Source: a virus
Strand: one strand, 5' to 3'
IMG/VR virus record: IMGVR_UViG_3300035092_000015
Span: 16,876 to 80,875 of that record
DNA: 64,000 bases
Shown: in pieces, positions 47,501 to 55,446 of the stretch
Layout: each line of letters begins with the position of its first letter
Position numbering within the stretch: position 1 is the stretch's first letter
The notes under the pieces: model-generated
What the model saw: the letters and a program-made list of their open reading frames with translations, nothing else
The model's database searches: none
Told to the model about the DNA's origin: nothing
Made by a program: the position numbers and the translations under genes

Positions 47501-47805
47501 TCGACTTCGCTACCCGCGACAGCGCCCGGTTCACACTCATGGGGATGACCAGCCAGATTGTCGGCGCCCACCAGGCAGGCCGGATCGACGACCGGACGCT
47601 GCATGAGGCGCAGGAGCTGCAACGGCGGTTCGACGCCGGGGAGCACATCACCCCGTTGGAGATCGCGATGGTCGGCTGGCGGTCCCGGGCCGAGTTCGTC
47701 GACTTAGAGCCGGCGCCGTTGGATCCGAACGGCGACCCGATCGAGATGTGGTGGGGTAAGAGGTTCCTGCTGGGCAGGAGTTGGTCAGGGGTGATGCAGC
47801 TGTGA
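44563..47805 (+). CDS. large PRWP-tagged multidomain protein, C-terminal GNAT-like domain
   Basis: QPRWPEGTPVRPDGHGPGGGRF; three beta modules; NQGGGFA..YRDQG..VGGYAWAKMGF. Confidence 0.8.
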   Translation: MARRRYGMHPGDDDQPRWPEGTPVRPDGHGPGGGRFRGTGDVGGADVGDLVSGLQGASSRPWYETAAGQIAQQRGGGHPRVAYNLAVINAAQAQYNENRGDGFHDEQLPQLIGQYNVAEAQGNPAGQDVAVDQLRLWIDSHYPEQWAGALPARVEAREAPRAADQDQRNSAALDLARTAQANIEVNTGDPDDALAIRIEALERHLGRTGHRVEADREAAALRRYMDHEMDQEAASPPGTAVMHARLEASRPSGEGQELRASEIALQYMSGRPLELNLLDGRGWGRITDYSEESGGTEHRFELQYEDGGGDEIFMGSTDRLIARRVPGSLPDQAQQPEMDHDRNLRLVNAMETPEGGEVTAAELLELVGNGHRLEVLGRHGWDRVETVDVSGEGDHFIYLENDPEPISMSPEGRVAIRFPQTPEPATASTGLSLGGNPLTDRDAWNRLVVHLARQHNDNRARDGLGRDEVMDQMVADIEHPDVTDVQGVADSNAEVLRQRLERMYRASIIDPPTRRAEPQFTIPETGVISAAEDVNRVRRVTGQAEDAHLADMLRVVRGELPGDPHGMVAAMRQRLQQIHGVTVPGGDDLEALNDRDLRDLGIEYDIAVPAPPLAPDYRADLIARIRYRQQADANRGVSRAAAHSNVNWADTHISHQRPRFYRQAVDDYQMPLQIRDAQGQWRTVTSIGYPTNGQYEITHDGPTGHTFVPENHTITARFGSDRSGTTNQDRQRFNQQVAVVAESMLEQVAPEDRADDEGYTRLRAALDSYNDTTSNPNDQESIDSAVDDLVNELADWDIYFDVPPYQDYDSGGPSYLPPSRYNGGVYTGDDEEDDYYDQPAIPEIYGNTLAAAISQWPQDNDGDLPSGYEDRAAEIWDWHDPVTGYRAEVTSVGVDGDGLSVEGRVYDGDTEIGKFTRTINSSRPQRIYHAYFKMYDNQGGGFATRWLDQVKQQYRDQGFTEIGVSADIDVGGYAWAKMGFDFATRDSARFTLMGMTSQIVGAHQAGRIDDRTLHEAQELQRRFDAGEHITPLEIAMVGWRSRAEFVDLEPAPLDPNGDPIEMWWGKRFLLGRSWSGVMQL

Positions 47806-48038
47806 ACAGACAGGAATACCTGCGGCGGGCGTCGGAGATCCACACCGCATGGTCCGCCCGATACGCGGACCGGATCGAACCGGCGACGGGTGCGTCCAGC
47901 CCGCACGAACCAGGCGGCGAGTCGGATTTCGCCGAACACCACCACGATGTGTCGGCGCCGCCGCATTTCGCGGATCTGCTGGACGAGCAGCTGCAGGCGT
48001 TGACGCAGGAGTACCAGGCCAGCCCCGACCGGGGGTGA
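47802..48038 (+). CDS. small acidic protein
   Basis: GTGA overlap with the upstream gene. Confidence 0.6.
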   Translation: MNRQEYLRRASEIHTAWSARYADRIEPATGASSPHEPGGESDFAEHHHDVSAPPHFADLLDEQLQALTQEYQASPDRG

Positions 48039-48098
48039 GACAATAGGCGGGAACAGCCGCCCACCACCCGACGTTGAACCACCGGAGGTGTAACACCA

Positions 48099-48311
48099 AT
48101 GCGCAAGGTGAGGATTTTGACCATCCCCGAGCCCGGCAGCCACGAGAAGCCGCAAGAACTCGGGCAGCTGGTCGACAACAACGGCCAGATCGTCGGCACC
48201 ACCCCCGCCGCCGAGGAGATCCTCGGCTCTGACCCTGCCCAACGCCAGGTCAAGTTCGACCGGTACCACCGTGGCTGGTCCAACGGGTACGTCGAGACCA
48301 AGGCAGCGTAG
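48099..48311 (+). CDS. small protein with WSNGY motif
   Basis: GGAGGT RBS. Confidence 0.7.
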   Translation: MRKVRILTIPEPGSHEKPQELGQLVDNNGQIVGTTPAAEEILGSDPAQRQVKFDRYHRGWSNGYVETKAA

Positions 48312-48313
48312 CT

Positions 48314-49330
48314 GTGCCGGCGCCCCGCGACCAGCCGCGTTGGCCCCGGGGATCGCCCGACGACCCGGAGGGTAGAGGCCAGGGCGGACGGTGGCGTGAA
48401 CGCAACGCCGCCACCATGTGGTCCGACCAGCTGTACACCCGGATCGGCGGGATCCCGCCCTGGGCCGATCGCTCGTACATCGCCCGGTTGGCGTTGCTAC
48501 GTCCGAAACGGGAAGGCCGGATATCTGGCGGGTCGGTGGCGCAGACCCAGCAGCTGGACTACGACGGCGGCGGGGTCGCCATCCGTAAGACCTTCTCCGA
48601 CGACGACGACGGGAAACGGGCAGCATCGGCCGAATACCTGTCGTCGTTGGTGTCCGACGTCGTGGGGGCGATGGCCCCGGCAGTGGTGAAAGACCCGACC
48701 GACCCGGAACACGCGGTGATCATGGGCCGGGTCAACGGCGACCTCGGGACGATGCACACCGGGTCGAAGGACGCCACCGAATGGGGCGAGGCCCGGTACT
48801 GGTACGCCGAGTCCGACGCCGGCCGTAGGATCGGGCTGTTGGATGTCCTGATCGCGAACCGCGACCGGCATTCGATGAACTGGATCATGTCGAACGAACT
48901 GGACGCCCCCCACGCGTGGCGGCCGGACCAGGGCACGATACGTCGGCCGATCCCGATCGACCATTCGGAGGCATTCCAGGACACGTTGATCGCCGGGGCC
49001 GGGTTGAAGATCGTCAGCCCTGAAGGGCAGTACACCGCCCCGATGGAGCTTCTGGCGTACCGTGGTTTCACCGGTGCGTGGCTGCAACGCGCGGGGGAAC
49101 TGGCCGACGAGTCGGGGGTGGCGATCGACGCCCACTCGGTCGGCGGGACCCTGGCATACCAGGAGAAGAACCCACTACACCCGGACGATGTTCCGGTCCT
49201 ACGGGCCCGGTTGGAGGCTCTGCGACCGAGGTTCGCCGACGAGGATATGCTCGAGCAGTACACGTTGATGATGCGCCGGTTCGAACACCTCGCGCGGCGG
49301 GCTGCCGGGACCGAGCGGATGTTCCCATGA
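48314..49330 (+). CDS. PRWP-tagged HipA/PI3-PI4-kinase-like kinase 1
   Basis: QPRWPRGSP..GQGGRW; AIRK, AEYLSS, DVLIANRDRHSMNW, PIDH. Confidence 0.85.
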   Translation: MPAPRDQPRWPRGSPDDPEGRGQGGRWRERNAATMWSDQLYTRIGGIPPWADRSYIARLALLRPKREGRISGGSVAQTQQLDYDGGGVAIRKTFSDDDDGKRAASAEYLSSLVSDVVGAMAPAVVKDPTDPEHAVIMGRVNGDLGTMHTGSKDATEWGEARYWYAESDAGRRIGLLDVLIANRDRHSMNWIMSNELDAPHAWRPDQGTIRRPIPIDHSEAFQDTLIAGAGLKIVSPEGQYTAPMELLAYRGFTGAWLQRAGELADESGVAIDAHSVGGTLAYQEKNPLHPDDVPVLRARLEALRPRFADEDMLEQYTLMMRRFEHLARRAAGTERMFP

Positions 49331-50244
49331 GCCGCGACTGGGACCCCGACAAGCACCCCCGCGACCCGGACGACGGACGATTCACCGAGACGTGGGCCGC
49401 CCAGGCAGTGGCCAGACTCTGGCGGCCCAGGACTCACAACGAACTGGCCGACCTGGTCAAACGGGACGATTACACCGAATCTGACCTCGCAGGCGGCAGT
49501 TCCTCCCACACTCGGCTGTACACCTACAGCACCGGAGAACGGGTGGTGCACAAAACCGCCTTCGGTCAAGAAGACGAAGATTTCGATGAGTTCAGCCGGG
49601 ATGATTATGAAGGCGGCTACGGGCCGCCGCCCGGCGAAGAGAACAGCGTCACCTGGGACCAACTGGACGCGATCCAACAGGCCGAAAACGAAACCATCGC
49701 CAGCCTGATCGGACGCGCCATCGGCGCTCCCGTCCCCGCTGCCGTGTACGACCACAGCCGCCGCGATTCGATCTACATGGACTACGTGCCCGGCCGGACT
49801 GCTTGGGCCGAGTTCCAGCACCGCAACCCGCGCGGCAGGCACACCGAGTTCTACCAGATGCAGCAGCAGCTGGCTGCCACCGATCAGGGCCGGCTGTTGG
49901 GGCTGCTGGACCTGTTGATCGGCAACGGTGACCGCAACGGCAACAACTGGATCATCGACCCCGACGGGCGGATCTGGGGGATCGACCACGCGCACAGCTT
50001 CGACCAGGGCGACGGCGGCGGTGTGTCGGATTTCGCCGACCCGATCATGATCCGGCGTCTCGACCCGGACGATAAGATCGTCGACTTTCATCCAGACGAT
50101 GCCCGCGAAGCCGCCCGGCGGATCGCCGAACTGCGACCAGCGATCGACCGGCCCGGAGTGTGGCCGAGTGTCAACGATATGCTGGACACTCTGGAGCAGC
50201 TGGCCCGGCACGGCGACCCAGACGCCCCCCGGAGGATCTTGTGA
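49327..50244 (+). CDS. HPRD-tagged HipA/PI3-PI4-kinase-like kinase 2
   Basis: DWDPDKHPRDPDDGRFTETWA; VVHK, NETIASL, DLLIGNGDRNGNNW, GIDH. Confidence 0.85.
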   Translation: MSRDWDPDKHPRDPDDGRFTETWAAQAVARLWRPRTHNELADLVKRDDYTESDLAGGSSSHTRLYTYSTGERVVHKTAFGQEDEDFDEFSRDDYEGGYGPPPGEENSVTWDQLDAIQQAENETIASLIGRAIGAPVPAAVYDHSRRDSIYMDYVPGRTAWAEFQHRNPRGRHTEFYQMQQQLAATDQGRLLGLLDLLIGNGDRNGNNWIIDPDGRIWGIDHAHSFDQGDGGGVSDFADPIMIRRLDPDDKIVDFHPDDAREAARRIAELRPAIDRPGVWPSVNDMLDTLEQLARHGDPDAPRRIL

Positions 50245-51023
50245 CCCGCGACTGGGACGAGGCCGAACACCCCCGCGACGAGGCCGGGCGGTTCACCGAA
50301 GCCTGGGCCGCATCACTGCACGGGCTGATGTTCCCGGGCAACGGGCTGATGACCCACGACGACCTGGACAAATACCGCGACCGGACCGACTACACCGCCG
50401 AACGGCTCGGCAACTCGTCCAACCCGGTGCACCTGCGGACCTACAGCGACGGGCGGCAGCTGGTCCACAAAGAACACGAACTCGACCATCAGGCCGACAA
50501 CGAGATCCGGGCCTCCTGGATGGGTTGGGCCGTCGGCGCACCCGTCCCGGCCGTGGTGTCCGACCCGGAAGACCCCGAATACGGCACCCTGTCGGAGTAC
50601 ATCGACGGGCTCACCCCGTCCTGGCACTCCAGCCCGGAGATGGTCCAGTGGGCCCAGGGACGGACTGGCGCCGACCGGTTGGGGCTGTTCGACCTGCTGG
50701 CCGGCGCCGCCGATCGGCACAACTTCAACTGGTTGGTCGACGACGACGGGCACGTCTATGGGATCGACCACGCCGACGTTGAGTTCGGGAGGGAGAACGT
50801 AGCGATCGGGCCGTTCGTCCAGTTGTACTACTACAGAGACAGAGGTTCGGCCAATCCGGCTGTCCCCGGTCGGTACATCCAACCGCCACTGACCCAGGCC
50901 CAGCTGCAGGTCGTGGAGCAGCGGCTGGAGCACCTGCGGTACCAGCGTAAGATGTTCAGCCCCGGCGAGTGGCGCGGGATCCGTAAGATGCTCGAGCAGG
51001 TCAAACAGAAAGCTATGCCATGA
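50241..51023 (+). CDS. HPRD-tagged HipA/PI3-PI4-kinase-like kinase 3
   Basis: DWDEAEHPRDEAGRFTEAWA; LVHK, NEIRAS, DLLAGAADRHNFNW, GIDH. Confidence 0.85.
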   Translation: MTRDWDEAEHPRDEAGRFTEAWAASLHGLMFPGNGLMTHDDLDKYRDRTDYTAERLGNSSNPVHLRTYSDGRQLVHKEHELDHQADNEIRASWMGWAVGAPVPAVVSDPEDPEYGTLSEYIDGLTPSWHSSPEMVQWAQGRTGADRLGLFDLLAGAADRHNFNWLVDDDGHVYGIDHADVEFGRENVAIGPFVQLYYYRDRGSANPAVPGRYIQPPLTQAQLQVVEQRLEHLRYQRKMFSPGEWRGIRKMLEQVKQKAMP

Positions 51024-51895
51024 CCGACCAGCCGCGTTGGCCCGGAGGAACCCCAGTCGCCCCCGACGGGAAAGGCCCTGGTGGCGGCCGGTTCCGCGAC
51101 AGCGTCCCCGAAGGGTGGGCGTTGCAGACCGCGCTAGTGCTCGGGCAGAAACAACCCTGGAAGCGGATCTCACGCGGCGAGCTGAGCCTGGCCGTACGGC
51201 GCGGCACCGACGCCGCTGCCGCCGACAAACTGCACGGCGGGGAGATGGCCCAAACCCAGATCTTCACCCACCCCGACGGGCAGGCGGTCGTCAAGAAGAC
51301 CTACGGCCGGTTCGACCACGACTCAGTCGACTCGGAATACCTGACCGGGTTGGTGTCGGAGGCGATCGGCGCACCCACCCCGGCGGTGGTCCGCGACCCC
51401 GACGGCGACCCAGCTGTCGTGTGGATGCAGTACGTGCCGGGTTCGTTGGCTGCGTCGCAGCTGCCCCGACGGTTGACCCCCGACCCGTACGCGTCTGATG
51501 ACGCGGCGCTGCTCGGGCTGCTCGACATCCTGACGTTGAACTGGGACCGCAACGCCGGCAACTGGAAGCACGCCCCCGGGAACAGGATCGTCGGGATCGA
51601 CCACGGCGAGGCGTTCAAGATCTCAGCCCCGGACAACCCGGACGGATCGCCCGGCATCCCCCGGCAGATGCGCGACTCCGGGTTCACGAAGCTGTACGCC
51701 GACCGGGGTGTCCTGGGTTGGTCCTGGAGGGACAACGACCTGCACCCCGACGACCTGGAGGCGCTGCGGCCGAGGCTGCAGGCGCTGCGGGCACAGTTCG
51801 TCCAGGGCCACCGGGGCAGCTACCACGACGCGATGATGCGCCGACTGGATGAGCTGCAACGCCGCGCCCGGGGGACCCGCCGGAGGATCCAATGA
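51020..51895 (+). CDS. PRWP-tagged HipA/PI3-PI4-kinase-like kinase 4
   Basis: QPRWPGGTPVAPDGKGPGGGRF; VVKK, SEYLTG, DILTLNWDRNAGNW, GIDH. Confidence 0.85.
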   Translation: MTDQPRWPGGTPVAPDGKGPGGGRFRDSVPEGWALQTALVLGQKQPWKRISRGELSLAVRRGTDAAAADKLHGGEMAQTQIFTHPDGQAVVKKTYGRFDHDSVDSEYLTGLVSEAIGAPTPAVVRDPDGDPAVVWMQYVPGSLAASQLPRRLTPDPYASDDAALLGLLDILTLNWDRNAGNWKHAPGNRIVGIDHGEAFKISAPDNPDGSPGIPRQMRDSGFTKLYADRGVLGWSWRDNDLHPDDLEALRPRLQALRAQFVQGHRGSYHDAMMRRLDELQRRARGTRRRIQ

Positions 51896-52956
51896 CCCTG
51901 CCGGTAGGACCGACAGACGAGCAACTCGGCGTCGAACTGCGCGCCGCCGCGATCCTCACCAACGAACTGCGCCAACAGCTGGAGGTCGCCACCCGGCAAA
52001 TCGCAGCTTTGTACATCGGGCTGGCCGGCAGTTTGAGCCAACCGCTGCCGCCGCCGGTCCGCCGCCGGTTCGCCGACGCTGCCGGGCAGATCATCGCCCG
52101 GGTGGCGGTCGACATCCGGGTTCCGTTGTGGGAGATGGTCCTGCAGGCGTTGGATCTGGGGCAGCAGTCGGCGACTCCGTTTGTGCAGCAGGTCCCGGCC
52201 CGGCTGCGCAGCTACAGCCAACACACCTACGACCAGCTGGTCGCTGGATTGCAGCAGCTGGAACGCCCACCGGCGACGGTACACCAGTGGGTGGTTGCGT
52301 TGGCGGCGGCTGCCCAGGCAAGGATCGACGCGCAGTTGTTGTCCGCGCAATCAGCCGGTCAGGTCGGGGCGCCTCCGGCGGATTTCGCGGAGGTCCTGGC
52401 GCGGATCATCGCCCCGGCCGAGCAGGCGTTGACCGGGCTTGAGCGGGACGCGCGGTGGGCGACCAACGCCGGGTTCAACATGGGGGTCCGGGAGGTTGCG
52501 GACCTGGCCGGGGTGTCGCGGATGTGGATCGCCGAACGCGACGCGTGCCTGCACTGCTTGGCGTTGTCCGGTGAGATCGCCGGGCCGGGTCAGCCGTACA
52601 ACGCGAGCCTGACGTTCTACATCGGGCCGAACGGGCTGTTCAAACCGCTACCGGTCTATCCGGTCGGCCCGTTGTGGGGTCCGCCCCGGCACCCGAACTG
52701 CCGGTGTTTCCAACGACCCGCGCCGGTGCTAGCCGGGTACCCGGTCCAGCCGTGGGAGTCGGGGCCGTACACCCCGTCGCAGGCGTTGAAGCGCGAAGCC
52801 CGCCGGTCAGTTCTGCGCGGGGTGAGCGGGTCGGATTCGCTGCCGGCCCGGTTGCGCGCCACGGATGCTTTACTGGCCGTGGGTGCTGGGCTGCCGGTGT
52901 CGGTGGAGCGGCGGGCCCGGCAGGCGGTGCGTCGCGGCGGATACGGGGGGAGGTGA
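51892..52956 (+). CDS. MuF-like minor capsid / head morphogenesis protein
   Basis: WIAERDACLHC...PPRHPNCRC. Confidence 0.82.
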   Translation: MTLPVGPTDEQLGVELRAAAILTNELRQQLEVATRQIAALYIGLAGSLSQPLPPPVRRRFADAAGQIIARVAVDIRVPLWEMVLQALDLGQQSATPFVQQVPARLRSYSQHTYDQLVAGLQQLERPPATVHQWVVALAAAAQARIDAQLLSAQSAGQVGAPPADFAEVLARIIAPAEQALTGLERDARWATNAGFNMGVREVADLAGVSRMWIAERDACLHCLALSGEIAGPGQPYNASLTFYIGPNGLFKPLPVYPVGPLWGPPRHPNCRCFQRPAPVLAGYPVQPWESGPYTPSQALKREARRSVLRGVSGSDSLPARLRATDALLAVGAGLPVSVERRARQAVRRGGYGGR

Positions 52957-52961
52957 TTGGG

Positions 52962-53051
52962 ATGGCGAAGAAGGGCCGGTTGGGCAACTTCGGCGGGAAG
53001 AAGGCCCCGCCGTTCACGAAGAAGAGCGGCAAGGGCGGTAAGAAGAAGTGA
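52962..53051 (+). CDS. tiny Lys/Gly-rich basic peptide (29 aa)
   Basis: GGAGGTG RBS; MAKKGRLGNFGGKKAPPFTKKSGKGGKKK; stop overlaps next start. Confidence 0.65.
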   Translation: MAKKGRLGNFGGKKAPPFTKKSGKGGKKK

Positions 53052-53809
53052 CGCAGCAGCGTTGGCCCCGGGGCACCCCGATTGCCCCGGGCGGCCACGG
53101 CCCAGGTGGCGGACGTTACCGGGGTGTGTCCAGTTCGGCGTTCGACGATGATGATCATGACGTGTGGGTCAGCACCGTGTCGGACCGGATGGAGGCGTTG
53201 AAGCGGACCCCGCCGTGGATCTCCGGCCGGGCCGAGTGGAAGCAGCACCACCGCGACCAGTGGGTGGCCAAAGCGGCCGAGACGTTGAACGAACTGGGCT
53301 ACCAGGCGGTGGACGCGCCGAACGGCGGGCTGTTGCCCCACCCGCAGGGCTACCCGGGTGCGGCGGGATCCTACCACTACCGGTTCTCTCCCGAGACCCT
53401 CGGCGAGGTCTACGACCAACATGCCTACCGGTACTACCCGCACGACTACATGATCGACGCCATCGGCATCCTCGAGGACGGGTCGCCCGTCGGCTTGGCC
53501 GAGCTGCGCAGCGCCCGAGGCGACTGGCGGGTCTCGATGCAAGCCTACGGCGAAGGACCGGACACGAAAGAGATCCTCGGGCATGCCCTGGCTGCGCACC
53601 CCGACTACGCCACCTCCGGGGACTTCTCTATCCGGACACCGTCCGGCGAGTGGGCGATGCTGGAGGAGATGTACGTCGACCCGGAAGACCCGGACACGGT
53701 CGAGTTGCATGCCGGGGATCAGGTGTGGGAGATCGACACCAGCGACGATGTCCTGATCCGGCGGGACTGGGAGCCGAAGTACCGCAGCCCTGAACTCGGG
53801 AAGAGGTAA
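53048..53809 (+). CDS. RWP-tagged protein with beta module
   Basis: QRWPRGTPIAPGGHGPGGGRYRG..WVSTVSDRM. Confidence 0.8.
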   Translation: MTQQRWPRGTPIAPGGHGPGGGRYRGVSSSAFDDDDHDVWVSTVSDRMEALKRTPPWISGRAEWKQHHRDQWVAKAAETLNELGYQAVDAPNGGLLPHPQGYPGAAGSYHYRFSPETLGEVYDQHAYRYYPHDYMIDAIGILEDGSPVGLAELRSARGDWRVSMQAYGEGPDTKEILGHALAAHPDYATSGDFSIRTPSGEWAMLEEMYVDPEDPDTVELHAGDQVWEIDTSDDVLIRRDWEPKYRSPELGKR

Positions 53810-53811
53810 CC

Positions 53812-55446
53812 GTGGCCCGCAGGTTCGTCGAACACGACCACCCCCGGTGGCCAGCTGAAGCCCCGGACGGCAAAGGTGGGGAGTTCCGCGACAAAACCCC
53901 CGACATCGGCGGCGGCGGGGATTGGGCCGATCGGCTGTCCGGACGGATCGGGGTGCAGTCGGCGGGCCGGCACGGGTCGGTCGCGACCGGGCTGCGCCAG
54001 ACCTGCCCGGTGTGTTACCGGCAGGTGAAGGTGGTCGGGTCGGGGAAGCTGTCGACCCACAACGGGCACGACGGGAAACGCTGCCCCGGGTCCGGCCAGC
54101 CGGCTACAGTCAAACCACCGGCGGACATCCAACGAGCCCCGAGCCGGGCGACCGGGGTGAAGCCGCCCGCGAAGAAGGCCACCCGCCGCGCGGCTGGCGG
54201 CACGTTGCGGCCACCGCCGCCGCCGAGGGTCACCCCCGGGGCGTGGGACGCACCGGTCACTGGTGCGGCCGAGACCCGGATGGCCGATTGGCGGTCCCGG
54301 ACCATGCACCGTCAGGCCGACGGGTCGATGTACCACCCGAACACCGCCGCGACCCGGGCGGCGGAGATCCAACGGTTGCACCACGACATCCAGGCCGAGG
54401 AGAAGAACCTGGAGGGCCGGCGCAACACAGCGGTGTACAACGCCGCGAGGATCGACCTCGGGTTGAAGCACTGGGAGATCATCCCGTACGGTAAAGAGAA
54501 GGACTACGCCGACGCCGCCGACGCCGACCCGCAGGTGCTGGCGGCGGAGGCCAGGCTCCAGTCGCTGCGCAACCAGCTGGACTACGCCGAGTTGGCGATC
54601 AAACACGACCGGCCGTTCGACCCGACCAACCCGCTCGCGTACTACGGGTCGATGCTGCACATCGAATCGAACGACTGGTTCGCCTACGGGGTCCTGGACC
54701 AACTGGAGCAGCGTGTCCCGCCCGCGTTCCACAAAGCAGTCGCGGAGTGGCTGGCGTTCCAGAGCCGGCACAACAACAGCGCAGGGATCTGGGTCGGATC
54801 CACCCACAGCATCCGCGACCTGGACAACCTCAGACGGCAGATCACCAAACCGCCGCGCGGGTGGGGCAAGAAAGCCACTATGGCCACCTGGGACGACGTG
54901 GACGGGGTGGTGTCCGGCAGCGCCGTCTACGCGGTGGTCCACACCGACAACAGCGAATCGCACCTGCGCAGCCGCCGCCGGAGCCACCAGATGGCCGGCA
55001 TCCCGCAGGACCTGGCCGTCGGTGATGCCGGACTGCACGAGTTCGGCCATGTCCTGGACGCCGCGATGGGGTTCTTCAACACCAGCCGGGCCTACCGGTG
55101 GGACGACGCGTCGGCCCAGCGGAAGTGGCGTTTGATCCATGGTCGGATCAAGCGAGGGTCTCGGCGGCTGTCGCCGTACTACCGGCAGAAAGGCGACGCC
55201 GGCCCAGAGGAGTTCTGGGCGGATACGTTCTTCACTTGGGCATCGGCTGACCCGACTCCGACAACCGACCCGTTCTATGCTGGGGGCAGAGCCGGACGGG
55301 CGGTCACCACACGGGATTTGCTGATGCTGGAGACGTATGGCGGGCAGATCGAAGATGTTATGTCGATCTCGGACTACTTCGACGGGCTGCACCGGGATCT
55401 GGTCAGTGGGCGGCGGCTGCCCAGGATCGAACAGAGGAGGCCGTAA
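53812..55446 (+). CDS. HPRWP-tagged protein with Zn knuckle and HEXXH metallopeptidase
   Basis: DHPRWPAEAPDGKGGEF..WADRLSGRIG; CPVC..H..C; LHEFGHVLD..EEFWADTF. Confidence 0.82.
   Translation: MARRFVEHDHPRWPAEAPDGKGGEFRDKTPDIGGGGDWADRLSGRIGVQSAGRHGSVATGLRQTCPVCYRQVKVVGSGKLSTHNGHDGKRCPGSGQPATVKPPADIQRAPSRATGVKPPAKKATRRAAGGTLRPPPPPRVTPGAWDAPVTGAAETRMADWRSRTMHRQADGSMYHPNTAATRAAEIQRLHHDIQAEEKNLEGRRNTAVYNAARIDLGLKHWEIIPYGKEKDYADAADADPQVLAAEARLQSLRNQLDYAELAIKHDRPFDPTNPLAYYGSMLHIESNDWFAYGVLDQLEQRVPPAFHKAVAEWLAFQSRHNNSAGIWVGSTHSIRDLDNLRRQITKPPRGWGKKATMATWDDVDGVVSGSAVYAVVHTDNSESHLRSRRRSHQMAGIPQDLAVGDAGLHEFGHVLDAAMGFFNTSRAYRWDDASAQRKWRLIHGRIKRGSRRLSPYYRQKGDAGPEEFWADTFFTWASADPTPTTDPFYAGGRAGRAVTTRDLLMLETYGGQIEDVMSISDYFDGLHRDLVSGRRLPRIEQRRP

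Noticed and set aside
38726-55446. Tag repeats as a DNA-level repeat, DGR or recombination cassette array
   Set aside because: Conservation is at the amino-acid level with divergent codons, and no reverse transcriptase or recombinase gene is nearby. Occasional recombination between tags cannot be excluded.
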